From: Alkalilimnicola ehrlichii MLHE-1 | GTDB taxonomy: Bacteria; Pseudomonadota; Gammaproteobacteria; Nitrococcales; Halorhodospiraceae | Assembly (NCBI RefSeq): GCF_000014785.1 | Contig: NC_008340.1 | Span: forward strand, 240,001-272,000 | Reading direction: 5' to 3' | DNA length: 32,000 nt | Shown here: piece by piece, positions 7,756-15,603 of the stretch | How the letters are laid out: the number at the start of each line of letters is the position of its first letter | How positions within the stretch are numbered: position 1 is the first letter of the stretch | The notes under the pieces: generated by a model | Database searches by the model: none | Told to the model about the DNA's origin: nothing | What the model saw: the letters and a program-made list of their open reading frames with translations, nothing else | Program-made: the position numbers and the translations under genes

Positions 7756-10269
7756 TCACGCCTTTTCCAGCCGCACCTTGGCGGTGTAGTAACAGGCGAG
7801 CCCGGAAATCGGGTCAGAGAGGTTCTCGGTGAGATCACCCGAGTGCCCTGGTTTCATGTCACGGCCCTGGGCGGTGGCCCAGCGGCCCTGGGCCCAGTGG
7901 CCGTACTCCATGGGCAGCACCAGGGTGTCCGGACGGTGCCCCGGCATGTAGCGGGCCACGGCGAGGATGGACTTGGTCTCGCCCCGTACCTGGGCGGAGA
8001 GGCGGACGGTGTCGCCGTCGTTGATGCCGCGCTCCTGGGCGGTCTTGGGGTGGATCTCCAGGTAACAGGTGCCCCGACCCCCGACAATGGGCTGCATATA
8101 GGCCTGGGCCTGCGGGATGTTGGCGCTGCGGCCCTCCGCGTGCAGCGGGGTCTTGGGGGTGACGAAGTGCAGGTCACCGTCGCCGGTGTGGCGGGGCTCC
8201 ACCCACTGGATGAGTCCGACCCGATCCTCGGCGATGCCCATCTCCCGGGCGATATAGTTGGCGTTGTTCTCCAGGAAACTGGACTTGAACTCGAACTTGC
8301 CGGAGGCCGTGGGCATGAGCTTGTCCTTGACCTCGTCCTCCGACATCTCGATGTTGTAGCCCTCGCCGTCCCACTCGTAGAAGGTGCCCCGCCAGTAGCG
8401 CCAGTGGTAGGGCTTCTTGTACCAGACGCCCTTCTCCTTCCAGCTCTCGAAGTCGTTGACGCCATTATCGCCCGGGTCGTTGGCGAAGCCGGCGGCGCGG
8501 TGGCGCAGCATGTTCTCCACATCACCCAACTCGCGGTAGTAGTCCGCCATCGGGCTGTTAATGCGCTTGCCGATCTCGATGATCATGTCGCCGAAGTGTT
8601 TGGTGTCGTACACCGGGTCCACGGCCGGGGTGCGCAGCGCGGCCATGGGCCAACCCTCGAACGGGTAGGTGGGCGAGTCCTGCAGCCGCTCCAGGTAGGT
8701 GTGCTCCGGCATGATGATGTCGGCGTACATGGCCGTCTCGCCGGGGTAGGGGGAGGTGTCGATGATGAAGACGTCCTTCAGTGCCTCCTCCCACAGGCGC
8801 GGGTCGGGCGCGGTCCAGATGGGGTTAGTGACGAAGAACATGGCCGTGTCCAGCTTGTAGGGGTCGCCGGCCAGGTGGTGCTTGGCGCACTCCTGCATCA
8901 TGGTGCCGGCCATCGGCCACTTCTCGGTGCCCGCCATGTCGATGCGCGGATGCTTGCCCTGCATCTCCCGGGCGTAGTCGTCCATGTAATCGTCGGCGCT
9001 CACCGGCAGCGGGCCGTAGGAGGGACCCATCTGGTAAAACAGCCCGCCCTCGGCGAACATGCTGCCCACCAGCGCGTTCAGCGCGTGCACCGCCATGCCA
9101 TTGTAGGTGCCGTTGAAGTGGGCGGTCGGCCCACGCTCCATGATGGCCATGGCCGGGCGGGTGGTCGCGAACTCCCGGGCCACGGTATAGATGTGCTTGG
9201 CCGGGATGGTGGTGATCTCCTCGGCCCACTCCGGGGTGCGGTCCTTCAGCTCCCCGTTCCACCATTCGGCCAGGCCGTGGGTCCAGTTGGCCTGGAAGGC
9301 GTCGGGAATGATGGTCTCGCCGGTGCGGAAGTGGTTGCGGCCGTCCTCGAAATCGCCGACGAACTCCTTGTCCCACAGGCCCTCGGTGAGGATGACATGG
9401 GCGATGGCCAGGGCCAGGGCGCCGTCGGTGCCCGGCTTGATCATCAGCGCGCGGTCCGAGGCCGCCATGGTGGGATTCATGCGCACATCAATGGTGGTTA
9501 CCCGGGTCTTGGGGCTCTTCGTGCGCATGTGGCCCCAAACCTGCATCAGGTAGTTGTAGGGGCGGAAGGCCTCCAGGAAGCCGGCGCCGAAGTTCAGGAT
9601 GTAGTTGGTGTTGCGGTAGTCGTAACTGTTGTAGGAGTCGTTGCCGTCAGTGGCGCGCTTGGCCCGCTTGGAGCCCTCGGCGCACATGGAGGCGTGGCCG
9701 ATGGCCGAGTTCGGGGTGCCGTAGAGCTTGCCGAAGTCGCCGTACAGGCCAGCATCGGAGGAGCCCCAGCCGCGACCGTAGAAGTGGGCAAAGCGATGGG
9801 ACTCGCCGCGCTCGCGCAGGCGGTTGAGCCGCTCGGCGACAATATCGAAGGCCTCGTCCCAGGAGATGGGCACGAACTCCGGGTCCTCGTCGCGGCCCTT
9901 GTTGGGGTTGGTGCGCTTCATCGGGCCCTTGAACCGGTCCGGGTCGTACAGCAACTGGGTGCCCAGGTGGCCCTTGGGGCAGAGCTTGCCGTTGGCGATG
10001 GGGTTGCCCGGGTCGCCGTAGATGGCGTGCACCCGTCCGTTGGTGGTGTAGACGTTGATGCCGCAGCGGGCCGGGCACTGGTGACAGATGTTCTTGGTCA
10101 CACGGGTCTCGCCGCCCGGCCGGGCATTGACATGGGTGGAGGTGGTGCTGGCGGCGGTGAAGCCGGCCAGCTTGCCCACCCCGGCGGTGGTCGCGGCCGC
10201 GGCGCCGGTGGCACCGGTGGCCTTGAGGAACCGCCGCCGGTTAAGCAGCGTATCCAGGATCATTTTCAT
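7756..10269 (-). CDS. arxA: Anaerobic arsenite oxidase catalytic molybdopterin subunit (ArxA)
   Basis: 837 aa; Tat motif RRRFLKA, C-X2-C-X3-C-X27-C Fe-S motif (CHQCPARC...LCPKG), MGD-binding features, and ArxA signature segment HFYGRGWGSSDAGLYGDFGKLYGTPNS (GRGWG rather than the ArrA-type sequence). Confidence 0.93.
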   Translation of the reverse strand: MKMILDTLLNRRRFLKATGATGAAAATTAGVGKLAGFTAASTTSTHVNARPGGETRVTKNICHQCPARCGINVYTTNGRVHAIYGDPGNPIANGKLCPKGHLGTQLLYDPDRFKGPMKRTNPNKGRDEDPEFVPISWDEAFDIVAERLNRLRERGESHRFAHFYGRGWGSSDAGLYGDFGKLYGTPNSAIGHASMCAEGSKRAKRATDGNDSYNSYDYRNTNYILNFGAGFLEAFRPYNYLMQVWGHMRTKSPKTRVTTIDVRMNPTMAASDRALMIKPGTDGALALAIAHVILTEGLWDKEFVGDFEDGRNHFRTGETIIPDAFQANWTHGLAEWWNGELKDRTPEWAEEITTIPAKHIYTVAREFATTRPAMAIMERGPTAHFNGTYNGMAVHALNALVGSMFAEGGLFYQMGPSYGPLPVSADDYMDDYAREMQGKHPRIDMAGTEKWPMAGTMMQECAKHHLAGDPYKLDTAMFFVTNPIWTAPDPRLWEEALKDVFIIDTSPYPGETAMYADIIMPEHTYLERLQDSPTYPFEGWPMAALRTPAVDPVYDTKHFGDMIIEIGKRINSPMADYYRELGDVENMLRHRAAGFANDPGDNGVNDFESWKEKGVWYKKPYHWRYWRGTFYEWDGEGYNIEMSEDEVKDKLMPTASGKFEFKSSFLENNANYIAREMGIAEDRVGLIQWVEPRHTGDGDLHFVTPKTPLHAEGRSANIPQAQAYMQPIVGGRGTCYLEIHPKTAQERGINDGDTVRLSAQVRGETKSILAVARYMPGHRPDTLVLPMEYGHWAQGRWATAQGRDMKPGHSGDLTENLSDPISGLACYYTAKVRLEKA

Positions 10270-11552
10270 CGCCTTGTATCCTCCTGATCATCGTGATCCC
10301 CGGGTTGGGTGCCCGGGTCTTGTGCGGGGCCCGCGGCCCCGGAGCTTGAGCCTGCCCCGAAGAGCAGGTCGCGGCCCGAATCCTGGGCCAGTGCGGCATC
10401 CTTGCGGCAGCCGGGACAGAGCGTGTGCTCCTTCCCCGCGGTGAACGTGGTGTGACAGCGCTGGCAACGCTGCCGGTGGTGTCGGGTGGCCGGGACGCGT
10501 CCCACATAGGGGTGGCCGTCGCGTTCCGTTATGGTGATGGCCTTTTCCGGGCAGACCTGTTGACACAGGCCGCAACGGATGCAGAAGAGCGGGTCGTAGT
10601 CCAGCCCGCTGCCGTCCTCGTCCTCCACCGGTTGCAGGGCGCCGGTGGGGCAGAGCGCCGCGCAGATACGGTGGTTGCAGCAGGCGTCGGAGATCTTCGC
10701 CTGCGGAAAGAGGGTGTTGGGCAGGCTCTGGTCCTGGGCCACCGCCAGGGCCGCCAGGGCCTCCACCCGGCGAAGGCGCGGTGCGGGCTGAACCCGGCCC
10801 GAGACCATCGGCACTGCGGCCGGCGCGGCCGGGCCGGTGCCCTGGATCTGTTCCGCGGCCCCGGCCGCGTGGCCGGCCAGCCGACGGAACAGCCCCCGGC
10901 GGCTGACCCGTGTCTCCCCGCCGGGTGTGGGGGTCTCCCGGCGGTACAGGTGGGCGGGTAGCGGGGCCTTCCGCAGGCTGGGGCTGCGCCCGGTAAGCCC
11001 CAGTGAGGCCAGGGCCTCGCGGCACTCGGTCAGGGCCTGATCCACCGGCGGGCGCCGGCAGTCGGCGGCGGCCGGGCAGTCGGCGCACCAGCCCCGGTCG
11101 AGCAGTTCCACCGGACGCTCGCCGCACTCCTGCACCAGTCGCAGCAGGCGATCGCTGCCCAGGCCCCCCAGGCAGGGCACCCGCAGGGCGCCTTCCGGGG
11201 ACTGCTCCGGCGGCACCCGCCAACAATCCACGGCCAGCGGTGCGGTGGCCTGGTCATCGCCGGGGTGGCTGTCCAGCCCGGCGCCGTTGATCGCCCCGGT
11301 CGGGCAGGCCGCGGTGCAGCGGCCGCAGGCGACGCAGTCGCCGGTCAGTTGCGGGCCTTTCGGCGTGGCGGTCAGGGCATCCACCGGGCAGGCCTGGCTG
11401 CAGGCACGGCAATCGGACAGGGGCGAGCGCGCCGGCAGGCAGGCGTTCTCCTGCCACAGCAACCAGGGCTGGGCATCGCTCAGGCGATGCCAGGCCGACT
11501 GTTCGGCGGACTCTGACAAGCGGCTTCTCCTCCACACCCCGGCCCGGTTCAT
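10266..11552 (-). CDS. arxB2: Multi-[4Fe-4S] ferredoxin-like accessory protein (ArxB2/ArxB')
   Basis: 428 aa; CRACSQACPVDAL, CVACGRCTAACPTGAI, CCNHRICAALCPTGAL, CIRCGLCQQVCPEKAI clusters plus C-terminal zinc-ribbon-like CQRCHTTF...CPGC; overlaps arxA start by 4 nt (ATGA). Confidence 0.85.
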   Translation of the reverse strand: MNRAGVWRRSRLSESAEQSAWHRLSDAQPWLLWQENACLPARSPLSDCRACSQACPVDALTATPKGPQLTGDCVACGRCTAACPTGAINGAGLDSHPGDDQATAPLAVDCWRVPPEQSPEGALRVPCLGGLGSDRLLRLVQECGERPVELLDRGWCADCPAAADCRRPPVDQALTECREALASLGLTGRSPSLRKAPLPAHLYRRETPTPGGETRVSRRGLFRRLAGHAAGAAEQIQGTGPAAPAAVPMVSGRVQPAPRLRRVEALAALAVAQDQSLPNTLFPQAKISDACCNHRICAALCPTGALQPVEDEDGSGLDYDPLFCIRCGLCQQVCPEKAITITERDGHPYVGRVPATRHHRQRCQRCHTTFTAGKEHTLCPGCRKDAALAQDSGRDLLFGAGSSSGAAGPAQDPGTQPGDHDDQEDTRR

Positions 11553-11628
11553 TGATTTATTCCCCCGCCGTGCGAGGGTCGGGCCGTTGGTCTAATTGCG
11601 AAGTAACTTTTATAGTGGTGTGGTCTTA

Positions 11629-11644
11629 AGCAATAGCCTTGCCA
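11629..11644 (-). promoter_or_regulatory. Sigma-54 (-24/-12) promoter for arxB2ABCD
   Basis: Minus strand reads TGGCAAGGCTATTGCT: GG-N10-GC spacing, close to TGGCAC-N5-TTGC; about 76 bp upstream of the arxB2 ATG; paired with a divergent sigma-54 activator gene. Confidence 0.82.
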
Positions 11645-11709
11645 AGTGGCGTGGTGTGGCATTTAGACGCAGCGCGGCGCAGGATGGCCCAGCGAATCTG
11701 CGCATGAGT

Positions 11710-11725
11710 GTTACCGGTGGGTAAC
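11710..11725. promoter_or_regulatory. Candidate ArxR upstream activating site 1: GTTACC-GGTG-GGTAAC
   Basis: Perfect 6-N4-6 inverted repeat upstream of the -24/-12 promoter. Confidence 0.8.
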
Positions 11726-11752
11726 GTAAACGAGGTGGTTCCGGCTTGAATT

Positions 11753-11768
11753 GTTACCGATAGGTAAC
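11753..11768. promoter_or_regulatory. Candidate ArxR upstream activating site 2: GTTACC-GATA-GGTAAC
   Basis: Second perfect 6-N4-6 inverted repeat with identical half-sites, 43 bp (about four helical turns) from site 1, and 19 bp before the arxX ATG. Confidence 0.8.
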
Positions 11769-11787
11769 GGCCGCGTGGAGGTGGAAG

Positions 11788-12687
11788 ATGGCCCGTTGGT
11801 TCGGTTCCGTATGGTTGGCGCTGTTGGTGGCGTCGACACCCGCGGCGATCGCCGCAGAGCACGCTGCAGAGCAATCGCAGCCCCTGCGTATCGGCCTGAC
11901 GCCGGTGATCCTGGAGGATCAATTGAGCTTCCTGGACGAGTGGCAGACCTACCTGGAGCGGCGCACCGGCCGGGAGGTGCAATTCGTGCGCCGTAACAGC
12001 TACGGTGAGGTGGTGGAGCTGGCTCTGCGGGGCCGGATCGACTTCGCATGGCTTTGCGGCTACCCCTACGTCCAGCATGACACCCGATTGGGTCTGCTGG
12101 CGGTCCCGCGGTTCAACGGGGCGCCCCTCTACCAGGCCTATTTAATCGTGCCGGCCAATGACCAGGCGACCGAATCCATCAAGGACCTGGCCGGCCGGGT
12201 ATTTGCTTACTCCGATCCCAATTCCAACTCCGGCTGGCTCTACGGCCAGCAGTTGCTGGACGAGGCCGGCGTCATGGACCCGGAGCGCTTCTTCCTGCGC
12301 ACCTTCTTCACCTTCAGCCACCGCAAGGTGGTGGAGGCGGTGGCGGAGCGCGTGGCCCATGGTGGCCTCGTGGATGGCTACGTCTGGGAGACGCTGGCGC
12401 TGGACCGGCCCGACCTCACCGGGCGGACCCGGGTCGTGCATCGCTCCGAGCCGTTTGGCTTTCCGCCGCTGGTGGCTTCTCCCGGCACCACCGAGGGCGA
12501 ACGCCGGGCGCTGCAAGAGGCCCTGTTCGGTATGGATGAGGACCAGCGCGGACGGGAGTTGCTGGAGCGCTTGAACCTGGAGCGGTTCGAGGCCGGGGAT
12601 GAGTCGCTCTACGACGGTATCCGCGATCTCAAGCGCCTGGTGGATGTGGGCCGGCTGCCGGAGCCGCCGGACGGCTACGAGCGATGA
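11788..12687 (+). CDS. arxX: Periplasmic phosphate/phosphonate-binding-like protein, putative arsenite sensor component (ArxX)
   Basis: 299 aa; signal peptide MARWFGSVWLALLVASTPAAIAAE; PhnD-like fold signature (LRIGLTPV...YLERRTGREVQFV...FAWLCGYPYV); co-transcribed with histidine kinase. Confidence 0.88.
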   Translation: MARWFGSVWLALLVASTPAAIAAEHAAEQSQPLRIGLTPVILEDQLSFLDEWQTYLERRTGREVQFVRRNSYGEVVELALRGRIDFAWLCGYPYVQHDTRLGLLAVPRFNGAPLYQAYLIVPANDQATESIKDLAGRVFAYSDPNSNSGWLYGQQLLDEAGVMDPERFFLRTFFTFSHRKVVEAVAERVAHGGLVDGYVWETLALDRPDLTGRTRVVHRSEPFGFPPLVASPGTTEGERRALQEALFGMDEDQRGRELLERLNLERFEAGDESLYDGIRDLKRLVDVGRLPEPPDGYER

Positions 12688-14150
12688 TCGAGAACATCAG
12701 CTACCGCTACAAGGTGCCGCTGAACATCACCCTGGTGGTGGTGCTGACCGCGGCGGTGATCTCGCTGACGGTGTTGGGGCAGGCCTGGCGCGATCTGGAG
12801 CGGGACCTTTACCAGAACGGCCAGAGCCTGGCCCGGGTGCTGGCCCATGGGGTCGCCCCGGCGCTGTTGCAGGAGGACGTCTGGGGGGCCTACGAGACCA
12901 TCCGGACCCCCATGGCGGTGGACATGGAGCCCCACCTGCGCCCGGAGAGCATCATGGTGCTGGACGAGCACCACCGGATCTATGTCTCCACCGATCCGGA
13001 CCGCCTGCCAATCCTCGCCCGCCCCGCCGAGGCGGACCCCGATCTGGCTCCTCTGGGGCGGTTACTGGCCGGGGAGGGGATCAGTGGCCCGGAGCGGCTG
13101 CAGTTGGCGGGCAACGAGTTCCTGGTGCTGTTGCCGGTGGAGATGGATGGCAGCGTGCTGGGTACGGTGGTGCTGGGCTATTCGCGCGCCGGGTTTCTGC
13201 CCCGTTTTCTCGGGGCGATGCAACAGGTGTTGGTCACCACGTTCCTGATCCTGCTGGTGCTGGTGCCGGCCGGATGGTGGCTGGGCCGGCGGGTGGCCGA
13301 GCCGCTGCTGGCGCTGTCCGCCTGTATGGATAAGCTCGGCAGCGGCTCCGCGGAGCGGCTGGGCTGCCAACTGCGGCGTACCGGCGACGATGAGATCGGA
13401 CGGCTCAATCGCCAATTCCACGCCCTCATTGAGGAGTTGCAGGAGAAAGAGGCCCTGGAGCGGGAGATGGTGCGGGCCGACCGGCTGGCGGCCATCGGCC
13501 GGCTGACCTCCGGGATCGCCCACGAGATCAACAACCCGCTTGGCGGCATGCTCAACGCACTCAACACCTATAAACATCATGGGGCGCCGGACCCCTTCAC
13601 CCTCAAGACCCTGTCGCTGGTGGAGCGCGGTCTGCTGCAGATCCGCGATATCGTCGGCGCTCTGCTGGTGGAGACCCGGCTTAAGGGGGAGGACCTCTGG
13701 GCGGAGGACCTGGAGGATGTGCGTACACTGCTGGCGCCGGACATTCGCCGAAAGCAGGTGAACCTGGACTGGGACAACCGGCTTCAGGGGCCGGTGCCCC
13801 TGCCGGCGACCCCGGTGCGTCAGGTGCTCATCAACCTGCTGCTCAACGCGGTGCGCGCGGCGCAACAGCGTGGTCGGGTCGATTGCCGGCTGGAGCGTGT
13901 CGACGGCTGGTTGCTGATCACCGTCTGGAACGACGGCGACCACATACCCGCCGAGCGCATGGATCACCTGTTCGAGCCCTTCTCCGGTGCCAGTGCCGTG
14001 GGCAACGGCCTGGGCTTGTGGGTAACCTATCAGATCATTGAGCAGCTAAGTGGGCGTATTGAAGTGGAGAGTCGACCCGACGACACCCGATTCGTCGTCC
14101 AGTTGCCGCTGGAGGCCCGTGAGGCCGAGCTGCGGGAGGCGCTGTCATGA
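12684..14150 (+). CDS. arxS: Membrane sensor histidine kinase (ArxS)
   Basis: 488 aa; two TM segments flanking a periplasmic domain, HAMP-like region, H-box GRLTSGIAHEINNPLGG, N/G boxes (LLNAVRAA, GNGLGLWV); 4 nt overlap with arxX. Confidence 0.92.
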   Translation: MIENISYRYKVPLNITLVVVLTAAVISLTVLGQAWRDLERDLYQNGQSLARVLAHGVAPALLQEDVWGAYETIRTPMAVDMEPHLRPESIMVLDEHHRIYVSTDPDRLPILARPAEADPDLAPLGRLLAGEGISGPERLQLAGNEFLVLLPVEMDGSVLGTVVLGYSRAGFLPRFLGAMQQVLVTTFLILLVLVPAGWWLGRRVAEPLLALSACMDKLGSGSAERLGCQLRRTGDDEIGRLNRQFHALIEELQEKEALEREMVRADRLAAIGRLTSGIAHEINNPLGGMLNALNTYKHHGAPDPFTLKTLSLVERGLLQIRDIVGALLVETRLKGEDLWAEDLEDVRTLLAPDIRRKQVNLDWDNRLQGPVPLPATPVRQVLINLLLNAVRAAQQRGRVDCRLERVDGWLLITVWNDGDHIPAERMDHLFEPFSGASAVGNGLGLWVTYQIIEQLSGRIEVESRPDDTRFVVQLPLEAREAELREALS

Positions 14151-15481
14151 GCGCTCGCCTGTGTCTCATCGAGGACGATCCCATCATGGGTGAGTCCCTG
14201 CAGGATCGCTTCACCCTGGAGGGGTTTCAGGTGGACTGGTTCGTGACCGCGGCACAGGCCCGGGAGCACCTGCGGGGCGGGGGATACGCGGCGGCCATCA
14301 GTGACATCCGGCTGCCCGACCAGGAGGGGGATGCCCTTTACCTGTCCTTGAAACGCGACGGCCAGGTGCTCCCCCCGTTTATCTTCATCACCGGCCACGG
14401 TGCCATCGAGACGGCGGTCCAGCTATTGAAGGAGGGGGCTGCGGATTACGTTACCAAACCCTTTGACCTGGATGAGCTGGTCACCAAGGTGCGCGGGCTG
14501 GCGGAGGCTCAGGGGGGAGACGCCCCGGCCGAGGAGGGCGAGCCCCTGCTTGGGATTGCACCGGCCATGCGGCGGCTTGAGGAGCGTCTGCGCCGCCTCG
14601 CCCGCGCCGGGGCCGGCGTGCTGATCACCGGTGAGTCCGGTGTCGGGAAGGAGCACGCCGCGCGCCTGCTCCACCAGGCCGGTGCCGGCGACGGTGAGCG
14701 CCCCTTCGTGGCGGTGAACTGCGGTGCGTTGACCGAGAGCCTGCTGGAGGCCGAGCTGTTTGGTCATGAACGAGGCGCTTTCACCGGCGCGGCCCGGGCG
14801 CGGCGCGGCGTGTTCGAGCAGGCTCAGGGGGGGACCCTGTTTCTGGACGAGATCGGCGATATGTCGCCGGCGATGCAGGTGCGTCTGCTGCGCGCGATTC
14901 AGGAACGCTGCATCACCCGGGTCGGTGGCGAGACGCCCATCCCCGTGGATATCCACCTGGTGTCCGCCACCCACCGCGACCTGCGTGCCCTGGTGGAGTC
15001 CGGTGAATTCCGCGAGGACCTCTACTACCGCATCAACACCGTGCAGGTGCGCATCCCGCCGCTGCGCGAACGGCCCGAGGATATCCTCTGGTTCGCCGCC
15101 CGCTTCCTCGCCGAGGCGGCTGCCGAGCAGGGACGGGAGGATCTGCAGGGGCTGTCCGGTCAGGCCCAGGAGGCGCTGCTGGAGCACCACTGGCCCGGCA
15201 ATCTGCGTGAGCTGCGCCATGCCATCGATCGGGCGGTCATCCTCGCCGAGGGGCCGCAGGTCACCCCGGCGGATCTGTTTGACGACCGGGATGAGCCGGG
15301 CCTGCCCGATGAGGCGGGCCAGGGGCTGACCGATTACCTGCGTCGTTGCGAACGGGCCCATATCGTGCAGGCGCTGGAGGCCCACGGCGGGCATATGGCC
15401 CGGACCGCCGCCAGCCTGGGGATCAGCCGCAAGAACCTTTGGGAGAAGATGAAGAAGCTCGGGGTGAAGGCGCCCGGATAG
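14147..15481 (+). CDS. arxR: NtrC-family sigma-54-dependent response regulator (ArxR)
   Basis: 444 aa; receiver domain (LIEDDPIMGESLQDRF...DIRLPDQEGD), Walker A GESGVGKE, sigma-54 contact loop GAFTGA, Walker B GGTLFLDEIGD, C-terminal Fis-type HTH; 4 nt overlap with arxS. Confidence 0.95.
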   Translation: MSARLCLIEDDPIMGESLQDRFTLEGFQVDWFVTAAQAREHLRGGGYAAAISDIRLPDQEGDALYLSLKRDGQVLPPFIFITGHGAIETAVQLLKEGAADYVTKPFDLDELVTKVRGLAEAQGGDAPAEEGEPLLGIAPAMRRLEERLRRLARAGAGVLITGESGVGKEHAARLLHQAGAGDGERPFVAVNCGALTESLLEAELFGHERGAFTGAARARRGVFEQAQGGTLFLDEIGDMSPAMQVRLLRAIQERCITRVGGETPIPVDIHLVSATHRDLRALVESGEFREDLYYRINTVQVRIPPLRERPEDILWFAARFLAEAAAEQGREDLQGLSGQAQEALLEHHWPGNLRELRHAIDRAVILAEGPQVTPADLFDDRDEPGLPDEAGQGLTDYLRRCERAHIVQALEAHGGHMARTAASLGISRKNLWEKMKKLGVKAPG

Positions 15482-15603
15482 CGAGGGCGGCTGTGCGCTG
15501 TCGCTGGTTTGTCGCAGTGGGGTGCGGGGGCTACGCTTCAAGTCAGGGCGGCAAGGCGGTTATACTGCCCGGTTCCCGATCAAATCAGGTGCGGAGGCGC
15601 ACG

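Noticed and set aside
7015-8525. Alternate-frame ORFs within arxA/arxB (e.g. 7854-8525 minus, 6973-7458 minus)
   Set aside because: Low-complexity Arg/Pro/Ser frames inside well-supported coding genes.
7645-10287. 880 aa plus-strand ORF antisense to the whole of arxA
   Set aside because: Long shadow ORF typical of high-GC coding DNA; no recognisable domains, and the minus-strand ArxA frame is unambiguous.
11645-11709. Possible GG-N9-GC and similar plus-strand -24/-12 sequences for arxX (e.g. TGGCATTTAGACGC)
   Set aside because: Spacing is 9 rather than 10 nt between GG and GC; insufficient to call a sigma-54 promoter for arxXSR.
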